A stretch of 63,471 nucleotides of DNA, filler included, from Hausera hauseri (taxonomy: Eukaryota): NCBI GenBank assembly GCA_046269625.1. It is 11 parts of 11 records of this genome, joined end to end, with 100 filler letters (N's around TTAATTAATTAA, not from the genome) between each part and the next. Parts side by side here need not be neighbours in the genome. Positions count along the whole stretch, not along the records: positions 10,300 to 14,255 come from JBJURY010859522.1; positions 14,356 to 25,581 come from JBJURY010116653.1; 9 more parts are not named here. One strand, 5' to 3'. The notes under the pieces were generated by a model. The model did no database searches. It was given only the letters and a program-made list of their open reading frames with translations, and was not told the DNA's origin. Made by a program: the position numbers and the translations under genes. Below, piece by piece: positions 11,955 to 23,384 of this stretch. Positions within the stretch are counted from its first letter, which is position 1. Every line of letters starts with the position of its first letter.

Positions 11955-14030
11955 TAGGGTGTAGCGTCATGCAATGAATTGTAATAGATCATCTGGCACA
12001 TTTGGGGTTTTGCACATCCAGTTATGCCGATTTCAAAAATCTATAACAAAAAATCAACAGTTAGTGTGACACCTTTTTCCGGTGCAAAATTTTTAAAAAT
12101 CTGGTTTTTTAGTGAAAATATTCCACCCTTGAAAGAAATTCTCTACGTATATAATGAAGTTTAATAAATAACAGTATATTAGTTTCTTGTAATGTCGGTA
12201 AGATTTACTGTGAGACAATAAAAACAAAAAACATTCCATGCGTTTTTATTTCTAGTCGTGCGGTAAAACAAAATTTTGCTTCGTTTGAAATGATGGCATG
12301 ACGTCTCTGGATTTGATGACTGCTCAAATGTAGCCATCCATTTCATCCATCCTTTAGACTTCTTCTGGTGCCTCACTTACCGTTCTGATGCAGCTTTCGA
12401 CTCCATGAGAGTGGCACGGTATCAGACTGATGAAGGGTTGCATGAGAAACTTCTGAAGTTCTTGATCAGAGATGTTCTTTGTGAGAGAAAATTCAAAGGT
12501 GAGTTCTTCCATTGGTGGCAGTAAGTTTTGCAATGTTCTAGCATTTGCACTTACTTTTGGAGGTCAACATTTTCTGGCGTTGGTATCCACCAGATGCTTG
12601 GCGAATGGTCTTGATTATGTCCACTGTGGTTTTCCTATTGACATTATCGTCATCTCCAAGCACTGACAAAAGAACATCTTCTTGGAGGGCCCAGTGTCCA
12701 TTCCGTTGCCCTACAAGTCATGTTACATTTCTGCAGATCGATGGTAACAGACTCTTGCTTAATTTGATCAAGAAAGTGTTTTGGCTCATCAGTGTACTTT
12801 GAGCGACACTGGATTCTGAACCATGATGGCCCGCAGCTGAAGACAATGGATTGTGTCATAGAATACAGTTCATTGCTGGGTTCTGCTGTTGTCACTAACA
12901 GCCGACATATTCTGCTAGTAGTTGTGAGTCACCTGGCCACCGAAATGGGCCCAGGCGTTTTTTTGTAATGAATTATCACGGATACTTCCACTTCGAATAT
13001 CTGTGATCATTTTGTACAGGTTGACTTGATCATTACTAAGTTCACAGAGATCGATTTCTGGAAGAGGATGACTATCAGTAATGCATTGAAATCTTGTTAC
13101 AGGAACTGGCAATGATGCACAAGTTGATAATGCATTACCAATTGGTCCTTTCCATAATGTGCGTCCTTCAGTCGATCCGATGAGCATTTTGCAAAGATGG
13201 CGGAATGAAAGCTCGTTCTGGTATAAGGTGAAAATTAATCAATTCAAAAGACAACCAATGTGAAGCTCTAACAAGTGTATTGCTCCACCAGGTTGTCCGA
13301 TGTTCACAGCTGTGCTGACAGCTCCAACAGCCATGATCTTGTCTGTAATTATCATGTTTCCATTGCATGGTGAATGCCATCAGCAATAACAACACCTGTA
13401 ACTGGTTCCAGTGTTAGATGACGCAGACACAAAGTTCCAGGCTCACCAGCAATTACATAGTGTGTAGTGTCGCGGCCGCAGAACAACCCCGATTCTCAAC
13501 AAAATAGTTATCGTAGAACGCCTCTACGCCAGCACGAGTTTCGATTTTAATCGCCATTATTTGATCTTGTGCGCTGGCTATCAAAGCGATCAATTACCAA
13601 ATTCAGACTTTGTAACAAAACAACGCATCGAAAAATATCGTCAAAGGAACCTCATGTCTGCTTAGATTCGCGTAATTATTGTTCATTTCTATTTTACAAA
13701 TTTTCTAAACATTGCAATTTTCGCACATTGCAGCTTAACTCCATTTTGATCAAAACACTTTCAAAATGACAAAATTATTGCTAAAGTTACATTGCAAATC
13801 ATTACAAATTAATAAACACATTTTGTATGTCGTTACGCATTTTTAACAGTGAGTTTGTTTGCTCCTTTTTGAATTCTAAAATACGTCGTAATCGAGAAGA
13901 CAGAAAACACAAATTGGCGATTTTAAATCTCATTTGTTGGAAGGTATGGTTTACCAGGCTAATCCTGTATGTTTAATTATATTTAGTAGAGGAAAAATGG
14001 GAGTTCTGACATAAAGGCCCATACCCCTTT
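11955..14030 (-). mobile_element. Degenerate DNA transposon, probably hAT-related (hATm-like)
   Basis: Minus-strand transposase remnants: GSTEGRTLWKGPIG, LSNDQVNLYKM, ARWLTT, GPSWFRI, PEDVLLSVLGD and PCHSHGVESCIRTVSEA. TAGGGTG terminus-like motif at 11955. The other end is uncertain. Confidence 0.55.
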
Positions 14031-14088
14031 AAATTGATGCGTTTAAACAAAAGTTAATCTCACGAATTGATGAATCGGTACTTATTTT

Positions 14089-14192
14089 TATCCCGATTGG
14101 GTGAATCCGTTATATAGTATCCCGGATTGGGTGAATCCGAAATTAGTACTTATCCCGGATTGGGTGAATTCGTGATTATTTTTTTATCCCGC
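14089..14192. repeat. Three hairpin-containing direct repeats (tatcccggattgggtgaatccg) with short AT-rich spacers
   Basis: Copies at ~14090, 14118 and 14151, plus a partial tatcccg at ~14185. Internal inverted repeat CGGATT/AATCCG. Confidence 0.75.
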
Positions 14193-14355
14193 AAATGTCA
14201 CATGAGGTATTATGAACAATGTATTTCAAACAACAATAATTTTATTAGTGTTTTTNNNNNNNNNNNNNNNNNNNNNNNNNNNNNNNNNNNNNNNNNNNNT
14301 TAATTAATTAANNNNNNNNNNNNNNNNNNNNNNNNNNNNNNNNNNNNNNNNNNNN

Positions 14356-15880
14356 TAATTGCTTCTTCTGCCAAATTGGGGTTTGGTTGACCCACTAAGC
14401 AAAGTCTTTGGGGTGCCAAACTCACAGGTCCTGTTCAGCACATCACCCTGACCGCGTTCTGTGCGTTTGGTGTCCGTCCTGCGTTTTTCCTGGGATTTAT
14501 GGGTAATTGGTGGTGAGAGAACAGGGCGCTGGTTAACTACCTAAATGAGGTCGTTGGTGGACAAAACTCACAGGTCCTGGTCAGCACGACCCTCTGACCG
14601 TACTCTGTGAGTTTGGTGTCCCTCGTCCATTTACGCTATGAATTATGGGTACCTGAAGTTTGGAAAAAACAGGGTTTCTGGTTCGCCCGTTAAGCAGAGC
14701 CATAGAGTCACGAAACTCGCAGGGTGTTGTTGGCTTGAGGCCACGACCTAGCACGTAAAGTTTTGTGTCTCTGCGCCTTTCGCCCTAGGTTTTATGGGTA
14801 CTTGTATTTTAGACAAAACTGGGTCGAACCCCCCTTTGTTTGACACCCTAAACGGGGTCCGATCTGAGCGGAGCTGATGCCTACGCATCCGTCAGAGGCC
14901 CCACAACAATATATCCAAAAATGGTGAGTCTGGACAAAGTAGAAAAGAAATGTCTCCCAGAGGCCCAATTTTTCCTTCAAAGTGGTCTGTGAGTCTTAGA
15001 CACGTAGACCATCTTTCAGCAGACTTTTCAGAACAAATTTTTTTCTAAAACTGCTGGGTATGATATGACACCAGATGCTTATTCGGGGTCTCCCCAGCAT
15101 CCCCTGCTTTGATTTTGGGGTCACTACACCCAACGACTGGTGACTTGTGGGTAATTTTCCCCTGGTCCGACGAGGTGCTCATTAACCCCTAAGTGAGGTT
15201 GTTCGTGCACCAAACTCACAGGTCCTGTTCTCCACAACCTCCTGACCGCGCTCTGTGAGTTTGGGTTCCGTCCTGCATTGCCCCTGGGATTTAAGGGTAA
15301 TTGGTGGTGAGAAAACAGGGTGCTGGTTAACTACCTAAATTACGTCGTTCGACCACAAGTCTCACAGATCCTGATCAGCAAGACCACCTGACCAAGATCT
15401 GTGAGTTTGGTGTCCCTCAGCCATTCATGCTATGAATTATGGGTACTTGTAATTTGAGAAAAATAGGTGTCTGGGTTCCCCACTAAGCGAAGTTGTAGGG
15501 TTGCGAAACTCACAGAGTGTCATCAGCTTAAGGCCACAACCTAGCACAGAAAGTTTTGTGTCCCTGCACCTTTAATGCTAGGTTTTATGGGTACTTGTAT
15601 TTTGGACAAAACCAGGGTAAACCCCCTTTGTTTAACACCCTAAACGGGGTCAGATCGGAACGGGACCAACGCGTACACGTCCGTCAGAGGCCTCGCAACA
15701 ATATGTCTGAAGATGATGAGTCTGGACCCAGTAGAAAAAAAATTTTCCCCAGAGGCCCAATTTTTCATTCCAAGTGGTCTGTCGGACTCGGACACTTAGA
15801 CCATCTTTTGGCTGATTTTTCAGACCCAACAAAGTCGTTGGTGCTCAAAACTCACAGATCTGATCAGCATGACCCCATGA
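14356..15880. repeat. ~794-bp tandem repeat (about two units) built from ~147-bp palindromic subunits
   Basis: caaactcacaggtcctgttc at 14417 and 15211. Subunits at ~14417, 14564, 14712, 15211, 15359, 15506 and 15849. The better-preserved ones have aaactcacag...ctgtgagttt arms. Confidence 0.82.
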
Positions 15881-15884
15881 CTAG

Positions 15885-16830
15885 GTTCTGGAGCAACACC
15901 ACTACAAGCCTGATCACGAAAGCTCATCAGAGATTCTACTACCTCAGGCAGCTGAGGCGAGCTGGTCTGGGAAGCTCAGTCCTCACCTCCTTCTACAGGT
16001 GTGCAGTAGAGAGCATCCTGTGCTCCAGCATCAACGTGTGGCATGGAGGCTGCACAGGTGCAGAAAGAAAAGCTCTACAGAGAGTGGTGAAGGCTGCACA
16101 GAAGTCTGTTGGAGTCAACCTCCCCACCATCACAAACATCTACACTTCCAGATGCAGGAAGAGGGCCACCTGCATCATGAAGGACCCCACTCATCCAGCA
16201 AACACACTTTTGGTCCCACTCCCCTCAGGAAGGAGGTTGAGGAGCATTAAGTGTAGAACCACTAGACTGAGGAAGAGCTTCAACGCTGAGGCTGTTAGAC
16301 TCATGAATATCTTTTTTTTAATTCACCAAGTTGTGTACATAAAACAAACATTACAGACTAACAACAACAGTAATATTTAAGAGAAAAAAAGAAGAAGAAG
16401 ACGAAGAAAAAAAAACCTATAATGAAATTAACATATGGGTTGCTTTCCTTTAATCTTGGCAGTTATTTTCTTATTTGCATTTTTTTTATTAGTCCTTTTT
16501 TATTAGACTCATGAATATCTAACCAGGATAATAACTGTGAAAAATCACATCATGTTGCTGTTGATCTGTTTCATGTTGCTGTGTTAATTCATGCTCATCT
16601 GCTCACACAGACTCAGGTTCGTATTGCTGTTCGGCGTATTGCTTTTATGTTAGTGCGTAGCGTATTTTTAGTTTATGTTTTTCTTAGTTCATATCTTAGA
16701 TCTTATTACTGTTTTTCTTTTACATTTTATTGTTGGATGTAACTGGGACCATGTGTACAAAATTTCGTTACACCACATATACCACGTGTGGTGCAAATGA
16801 CAAATAAATAATCTTGAATCCTTGAATATA
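15885..16830 (+). mobile_element. Rex1/Babar LINE, 5'-truncated (C-terminal ORF2 region and 3' UTR)
   Basis: KAHQRFYYLRQLRRAGL..LTSFYRCAVESIL..WHG..KALQRVVKAAQ..DPTHP..LPSGRRLRSI..RTTRLRKSF...AVRLMN. Tail tgacaaataaataatcttgaatccttgaa at ~16798-16826. Confidence 0.9.
16295..16520 (-). mobile_element. Short poly(A)-tailed retro-insertion with 18-bp target-site duplication inside the Rex1 copy
   Basis: ttagactcatgaatatct at 16295-16312 and 16503-16520 flanks ~190 bp that begins with poly(T). Confidence 0.8.
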
Positions 16831-17179
16831 TTTGTGCTGGGCACGTTACCATGTTATAATCTCATCAACGCAACCAATGATTAACGTCAAGAATTTTAAA
16901 AACTTGTTAACGCTGTTAGCGTAACGCTGTTGTTTTTAAATCTGTTGTTCAGTGGCTGTGAATGCACAGATGCACACTTTGGTTCCAGGGGGCAGGACTT
17001 GATTACTACTGGCTGTGGATGAGCATCATCAAGCGTCTTAACCAATGAGAGCCTTTCGGCAGCAGCCGCGCAGCAATACACTGTGAAGGAAGACAGTCTT
17101 TGTTATGCAGCTCATCTATGGGTTGAAACCTGTGGTGAACTCTACATTGTTGTAGTGGGTATACTGTGCTTAGATACCA

Positions 17180-17498
17180 AAGTACACTGGGGGTAGGTGT
17201 GTTTGTTTCTTCTGAAGTCCACAACCTTCTCCTTCATCTTCTTCACATTAATGTGAAAGTTATTCTCGTTGCACCAGCTCCCCAGGTGTTCCATCTCCTG
17301 CCTGTAGCTGGACTCATCATTGTTTGTGGTACATCCCACCACCGCTGTATCATCTGCAAACTTTACAATATGACAGCCTGGATGGGTAGCTGCACAATCA
17401 TACGTGAGCAGAGTGAACAGGAGAGGGCTCAGCACACATCCCTGGAGAGAGCCAGTGCTGAGGGTTATCGTGGAGGAGGAGAAGTTGTGGATCCTCAC
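17180..17498 (-). mobile_element. Rex1/Babar-type LINE reverse transcriptase fragment
   Basis: TGSLQGCVLSPLLFTLLTYDC...KFADDTAVVG...WCNENNFHINVKKMKEKVVDFRR. Confidence 0.9.
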
Positions 17499-17595
17499 TG
17501 ATTTTAAAACATTAAAAACATGTTATAGAATTTATGAAACAGTATCAAAGCAAAACATGTTCAAGTATTAAGTAGTGAGTACAGAAGTATTAATT

Positions 17596-17975
17596 ATCCA
17601 TCCATCCATTATCTTTTACCCGCTTGTTCCATTTTGAGTCATGGGGGTTGCCGGTGCCCATGTCCAGCAATCACAGTGTGGGGGGCAGGGTACTCCCAGG
17701 ACAGGTCGCAAGTCCATCACAGGGACACATAGAGACAAACAAGACAAACAACCATTCACTCTCTCACTCACACCTAGGGACAATTCAGAGTTACCAGTCA
17801 GCCTGACATGCATGGTTTTGGTCTGTGGGAGGAAACCGGAGTACCCGGAAGAAACCCATGCATGCACGGAGAGAACATGCAAACTCCACCCAGAAAGGCA
17901 CCCGGACCAGGATTTGAACCGGCAACCTTCTCGCTGAGAGGCAGTTGCTCTACCAGTTGTGCCACCGTGCTGCCC
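17596..17975 (-). mobile_element. tRNA-derived teleost V-SINE-type element, full length
   Basis: Minus strand: GGGCAGCACGGTGGCACAACTGGTAG (A box), GGTTCAAATCC (B box), V-domain GTGGAGTTTGCATGTTCTCTCCGTG...CCGGGTACTCCGGTTTCCTCCCAC and a (TGGA)n tail. Confidence 0.9.
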
Positions 17976-18417
17976 AAGTAATAATGGATAATGACAACAA
18001 TAGACAGTCATAAAATAGGCATAAAGATTTAATGTTTTTTGTATGTGTGTTTTTTTTAAGGAGAGTTCACCACTGCGCATGTCAGTACTTCTATTCAGAA
18101 TAAAAGCCCACTGCATGTAAACGCTCAAAGTGATCGGATTGTTTATGCCCATGTACACAATATATTTGGATTATTTAATGTGAATAATTTCAATCCGATC
18201 AAAGAATTTTGTGCATGTAAACATAGCTAATATGTCTACAGAATGTAATGTGTTTGTTCTCTGGCTCCTCTTAGGTTTCATTAGTTTTCTTGTTTCTGTT
18301 GCAGAGCAGTGCTTTCTTAACCATGTTGTTACTTCATAGGCTCAAAACGATTAACAGAATTTAAATAAATAAATACATAAAATCAAATAATTGAATAAAT
18401 CATGAAATAAATAGAAA

Positions 18418-18535
18418 CTACGTCTCTCGGTTGGCCTGTGAATGCCTTGGGTTTCCACCAGAAGTACTGGAAGAGATGACTGTTGAGAGAGATGTCTTGG
18501 CCTTCCTGCTCCAGCTCCTGCCCCCTCAACCTGAC
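18418..18535 (+). mobile_element. Rex3/Expander (RTE clade) LINE 3' fragment
   Basis: tacgtctctcggttggcctgtgaatgccttggg...gaagtactggaag...gagagagatgtcttggcc..cctgct..agctcctgccccc resembles the fish Expander 3' end. Runs into a gap. Confidence 0.6.
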
Positions 18536-19300
18536 NNNNNNNNNNNNNNNNNNNNNNNNNNNNNNNNNNNNNNNNNNNNNNNNNNNNNNNNNNNNNNNNN
18601 NNNNNNNNNNNNNNNNNNNNNNNNNNNNNNNNNNNNNNNNNNNNNNNNNNNNNNNNNNNNNNNNNNNNNNCAGGAAATAAATAATTTAATTGTGTATTTA
18701 ATAATTTAATTGTATATATAATGGTGTATTTAATGGTTTATTTAATGATTTAATTCTGTAATAATTAGATACATTTCATTATTGTGTATTTATTTATTTC
18801 ATTTTGTCACATTCCGTTCTCCATTCACCACAGCGGTCAATACCAATCATTTCAGTTTCTTGATCTGCTGTATTCCCTCCACCCAGTTTCTGAAATGGCT
18901 GCCTGCCATCTCACACACGTCCTGAAATTTGACGTCCCCACCGCGTCCATGCCCATCCCCCCCTCCTCAACACTCCCTCCATGGCTCGCTGAAACTCTCA
19001 AACCCTGCAGATTTGATTGGTGTGAAACCTACAAAATGTCCATTGCAAAGAATAATTTTGTCTCCTGAAACATTACTGTGGGAGATTACAGAATTTTATT
19101 AATTAATTTCATAGTTTTATTACTTAATTGATGTGCGGTAAACTTGTGAAAGCCGAGTTAAGGTGTCATCAGTTGTTCACACAGGGTTGAGCCGTCAGTC
19201 TCAGCTGGCTGGGTTTTATAACCAAGCAGGAACTCCGGTGTATGCCGGAGGATAAATCAAGCGCACCTTTATGACTGCCACACACACCTGCACGGAGGGC

Positions 19301-19310
19301 TTTCACTTTC
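19301..19310 (-). promoter_or_regulatory. ISRE/IRF-E-like motif
   Basis: TTTCACTTTC (= GAAAGTGAAA) about 55 bp upstream of the putative ATG at 19363. Confidence 0.35.
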
Positions 19311-19362
19311 ATGCTGACGTTGCAGGAATGAGGAGCAATCTAGCTGTGCAACACTGAAGAAA

Positions 19363-22327
19363 ATGGTAAGATTCTTCTTATTTTAACGGACTCCCAGTTA
19401 TTATCTACATGTTACAGCACCCAGTCAGACATACTTTTAAATATTGTTTACATGTATGATCCGTAAAAGCTATGTTTCAATCGTGTTTTCACTAGGATGG
19501 CTAGCTAAAATTAGCCGAGCTACAGCTAACAAGAAACGTGCACGTTTTATTTCTGATTTGTTGAGGTCCAGTCTTAAAGCAAATAAATAGAAATGAAAGC
19601 GACAATTAACCAAAAAAGGATGTTTGTTAAGTTCTCACAAGAATGACTCAAATGCAATTATAAAAAGATAACATTTTGAAACCTGCAAAGCGAATAAAGC
19701 AGAAGTTTTTATGTGTTTTTTGCAACTAAAGCAGAAGTCATGAAATAAACAACTTATTTCAGTCACACTGCTTGTGTGATTGAAAAGGGTTATACATTTT
19801 AGCATGTGTTTTGAATGGAGAGATGATAAGCCATGAAGCTGAAGTTAATGGATGATTCTTTATGCATAAAGATTGATTTTGCTGGAGTGGGGCCTTCTGA
19901 ACACATTATACCAGACCTACATTCTTTTTAGAATGATAAACATTGTTTTTTTTGTTTGTTTTGTGGGGTGGGTATTGTAAATCAGAAGCTGTGAATTGGA
20001 AACCAACCTGTTTTGGAAAATTGAATTTCAGGACTTTGACACTGACTTCTAATCATTACATTTTATTTTTTTATTTTTGGAGAATGCCAGCCAGAGTTTT
20101 GGATCCAGTGATAAGACTGCCAGTGGAGTGCTTGTAGCGTCAGAGAAGATTGCAGAGTCTATACCCAGCTGTCCCAGTTCAAAAGGTGAATTATCCCAGG
20201 GAAAGACACATTAGACTACAATGTGTTTCCTACTTGTAAGTTGTTTTGCATAAATGTTCCTGCTAAATGAATGTATTGTGAGTTATAGCTTCACAGGTGA
20301 GAGAGGGGAGGGGAGGTGTGACAATAAGTCTAATGAAGTTATTTATTTAGTTTGTTTTATTTGCCTAGAAGAAGCTACCAGTAATATCAGTTAATGTTTG
20401 ATTTAAGAGGACTGAGTCACGTTTTTCTTGTCAAACCAAAAAAAAAAAAGGCTTAGCACATCTGTCTTTCAGCGATTTTATTTCAAATGCTAAGTGTTTA
20501 TGAATATCAGATGAAATATAGATTTGTGTTGTCATCTCTGACAGGGAAAATGTTTTGGTAGGACCCAGCTCAACTGCTTTCCTTTTTGCATGCTTCTATT
20601 GTTGATTTGTCATGGCTTTGCTAATTTTATTTAATGATTAGTGTAGTTGTTGCCAACCTTAACTATTAACTTGATAAAGTGAGAAATCTGAAAGCATTAG
20701 GATAAGACCCAAAACTGTTTTGAGAAGACCAAATTTAGGAGATGCACAGCCTCTGAATGGCTCCAAGGTGTTATTGATGGTTCATTAAATGAATTAACTT
20801 TTTTCTCTTTTAATTTCAGCCACTGATGAGACAAGTGGGCTTGATTCCAAACAGAGGCAAAAGGTAAGTGTGCCTATGAAGAAGTCCAAATGATGTGACT
20901 GTATTTGAATTTAACTAGCTCAATTGTACTCTTTATACTGCATAGATGATTTAAATCCTATTCTAAATTTAAGTTTGGAAAAGTTGCTGTCTTGTTGTTT
21001 TCACCACTTAACATTCATCAGTAGTTTCAATAATACTTTACAAATCCTACAGTGGTAAAATATATATTTTTCACTGTAGAGAAGTTGCAAAAATGACTAT
21101 ATTGTTATGCAGAGAAATGCTTGAAAAAGAAACTGGGGGAAAATTATTTGTCTAAATTCCCTGAATTGTGATATAAGCTTGTGGTTTTGAGTTTGGGAGG
21201 AATGCTGTATCTTGAAAACATCCAAGTTGGCATTTCAGGTGTTAAGCAGATATGTCTGGGTTTTGGATTCAGAATAAGCCAAACAAGAGTACAAAAAGAA
21301 CTGTTTTTATTTATTATTGGCTGTTGGGTGAGAAGTCAGGATCAGCTGCAGCAACAGGTCTTCACAGGCAGGTGGAGAGTGACAGTCATCTGTCAACATC
21401 TGCAGGGATGACGTCACTGGTCCTGGTGCAGAGCAGCTGAGGAGAAAAGCTGCAATAACGTGGTTCGGGCAAAATCCAATAATGAGGTCCAAGAAACTGA
21501 AGCAGTGGTCATACACAGGAGTCAGAGTTCCAAATAATAAATCCAAAACGTAGTCTGTGAGGTGTAGTAGAGTTAAAAGAAGCAAGATTCATAACCGTGG
21601 ACAGAAATACAAATCCAAATCAGGACAGGAGTTGCTGATCCTTGACTTAAAGTGTCACCTAGATGCATGCTCAATAATCCAGGTAGAAAAATCTAAAAAG
21701 TTTGTCCTCTGGATGTTAAAAAAAACAGACAAAAAAAAATTGTAGAAACGTTTCGTCTTTCATCTGAAAGACTTCTTCAGTCTAAGGTTCTGCTGACAAC
21801 CAGAATTAGCTGTTCACATGATCATATGATCATGATCAATTGATCATGATCAATTCACATTGTTAGGCTGATGGTCCTCCTTGATCATGTGAGCCACTGG
21901 TTCTGACTGTCAGCATCAAACTGGTTGATCCACTATGAGAAGGTGCTATTTATGACTTAGCTGAATACAGCTCCTCAGAATGAAGAAGTCTTTCGGATGA
22001 CAGACGAATCGTTTCTATAATTTTCTTTTGTTTTTAAGAATGTCCAGAGGACCTGACTTTTTTTAGATTTCACCTGGATGTATCATTCTCATTGTGGTCA
22101 GGTTTCAGTTCCAACCGAGGCCTTTAGCTGTGTTTCCAGTCTGTTTCAATTCACAAATGTGGACTTCTACAAATGTTGTTTTATAGGGTCAAACGCGTCA
22201 CACTCGTCACCTCCAGAAACTCAAAGCCCATCGTGATAGATGTGAGGCTCGTCACAAGAAGGTCTGTGTGAAGACGACAAATGAAGAGAAGGAGAAGACG
22301 TCTTTTCTACATCAGAAGGGTTTAATG
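19363..22327 (+). CDS. 5' exons of a spliced teleost gene of unknown identity (exons 19363-19365, 20083-20185, 20820-20863, 22187-22327)
   Basis: GT-AG sites with consistent phases 0/1/0/0 give a stop-free 97-aa peptide: MNASQSFGSSDKTASGVLVASEKIAESIPSCPSSKATDETSGLDSKQRQKGQTRHTRHLQKLKAHRDRCEARHKKVCVKTTNEEKEKTSFLHQKGLM. Donors are GTAAGA, GTGAAT, GTAAGT and GTAAGT. The exon 2 acceptor is an uncommon GAG. Confidence 0.55.
21253..21648 (-). mobile_element. Possible solo LTR (fish Gypsy-like)
   Basis: ~395-bp segment starting TGTC and ending TGAC(T). AATAAA on the minus strand near 21310. Confidence 0.3.
21677..22080. mobile_element. Penelope-like element remnant with inverted ~105-bp pseudo-LTR ends
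   Basis: 21677-21784 (atccaggt..aaatctaaaaa..gtcctctgga..tagaaacgtttcgtctttcatctgaaagacttcttca) is an imperfect inverted copy of 21976-22080. Confidence 0.7.
21743..21784 (-). ncRNA. Minimal type I hammerhead ribozyme
   Basis: Minus strand: UAGA-CUGAAGA-A-GUCUUUC-AGAU-GAAAGAC-GAA-ACGU-U-UCUA. It has the CUGANGA and GAAA cores, a 7-bp stem II, a palindromic ACGU stem III, a GUU cleavage triplet and stem I UAGA/UCUA. Confidence 0.72.
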
Positions 22328-22777
22328 GTAAGTTTTACTTCTCATTTTTCCTGATTTACATCCCAGAGAAGAGAACTGTTATGGGTGCGTCATCAGTAAA
22401 TGTGCCAGTGTATCTATGGCTTGAGCTGTTTTGATTTAGCTTTGTAAAAATATCAAGAATAAAAATCCTGCTGCAAATTTCTTTATCTGCTGTAATTATG
22501 TAATCAACTCAAGTTTAGATCAACTCAAATTTAGACAGCCAGCATTAATGTTGGATAAAAAAGTCTGTTTAACTTTTAAAACTTTCTTTAAACAAAGATG
22601 GCCTTTAATTATCCATTACAAGACTTCAAGCGACCAACATCATGATTCAGACACTGTGTATCAGAGAAGAAATGCATGTGGTTGGGGCAGCTGAGCAAAT
22701 TTATGTTGCATATGAATCTCTGCAACCTGAAATTTTAGACCATGCACAGGAGCTTTCTTTGAAGAGGACCCACCTTT

Positions 22778-23300
22778 TTCATTCAATTCAATTTTAACTA
22801 TGTAGCGTCTGTTACAATAAAAGTTGTCTCGGTGCTTCCCAGAGACCCAGAACATGGACTAATCGGGACTAAACTCAAAACACTGAAGCATTTTTATCTG
22901 CCAGTCAGTGAAATCCAAATGACCTGTCAAGTTGAAGTGTAAAATCAATTTAATTCAATTCAGTTTATTTATACAGTGCCAAATCACAACAAAGTTGTCT
23001 CGGGGCACTTTACAGGAACATTCACATACATAGAAAAGCCAATTAGTAAAGTTCTCTATCTAAGGAAGCCAGCAGACTTGTGGAAAATTTGCTTCATTGA
23101 AGTCTCCCATCCTGAGCAAGCACAGTGGCAACAGTGGAAAGGAAAAACTCTCTTTTAAAAGAAAGAAACCTCCAGCAAAACCAGGCTCAGGACAAGCGGC
23201 CATCTGCTTTGACCGGCTGGTTTGAGAGGACAGAAGGAGAGACAAACGAACACAGAACGGTCAGTCCAGGTATAGGTCCAGGTGTACCTGAAAGACAAAA
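22778..23300 (-). mobile_element. Two L2-type LINE 3' tails (22778-22856 and 22945-~23300)
   Basis: Minus strand ctgtaaagtgccccgagacaactttgttgtgatttggcactgtataaataaactgaattgaatt, and a similar ..gagacaacttttattgtaacagacgctacatag..aaaattgaattgaatgaa. Both match typical fish L2 ends. Confidence 0.7.
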
Positions 23301-23384
23301 ACACATGTTAAGGATAGAAAAAATAATTATAAATACAAAACAGGTTAGCAGAGTAAGTACCATATTTTTTAATGTATAAGTACA

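Noticed and set aside
15556-16380. 274-aa ORF as a real chimeric gene
   Set aside because: It is a chance read-through from satellite DNA into a 5'-truncated Rex1 fragment and a nested insertion.
17905-17975. tRNA gene
   Set aside because: The A/B boxes belong to the SINE head and are followed by the V-domain and (TGGA)n tail.
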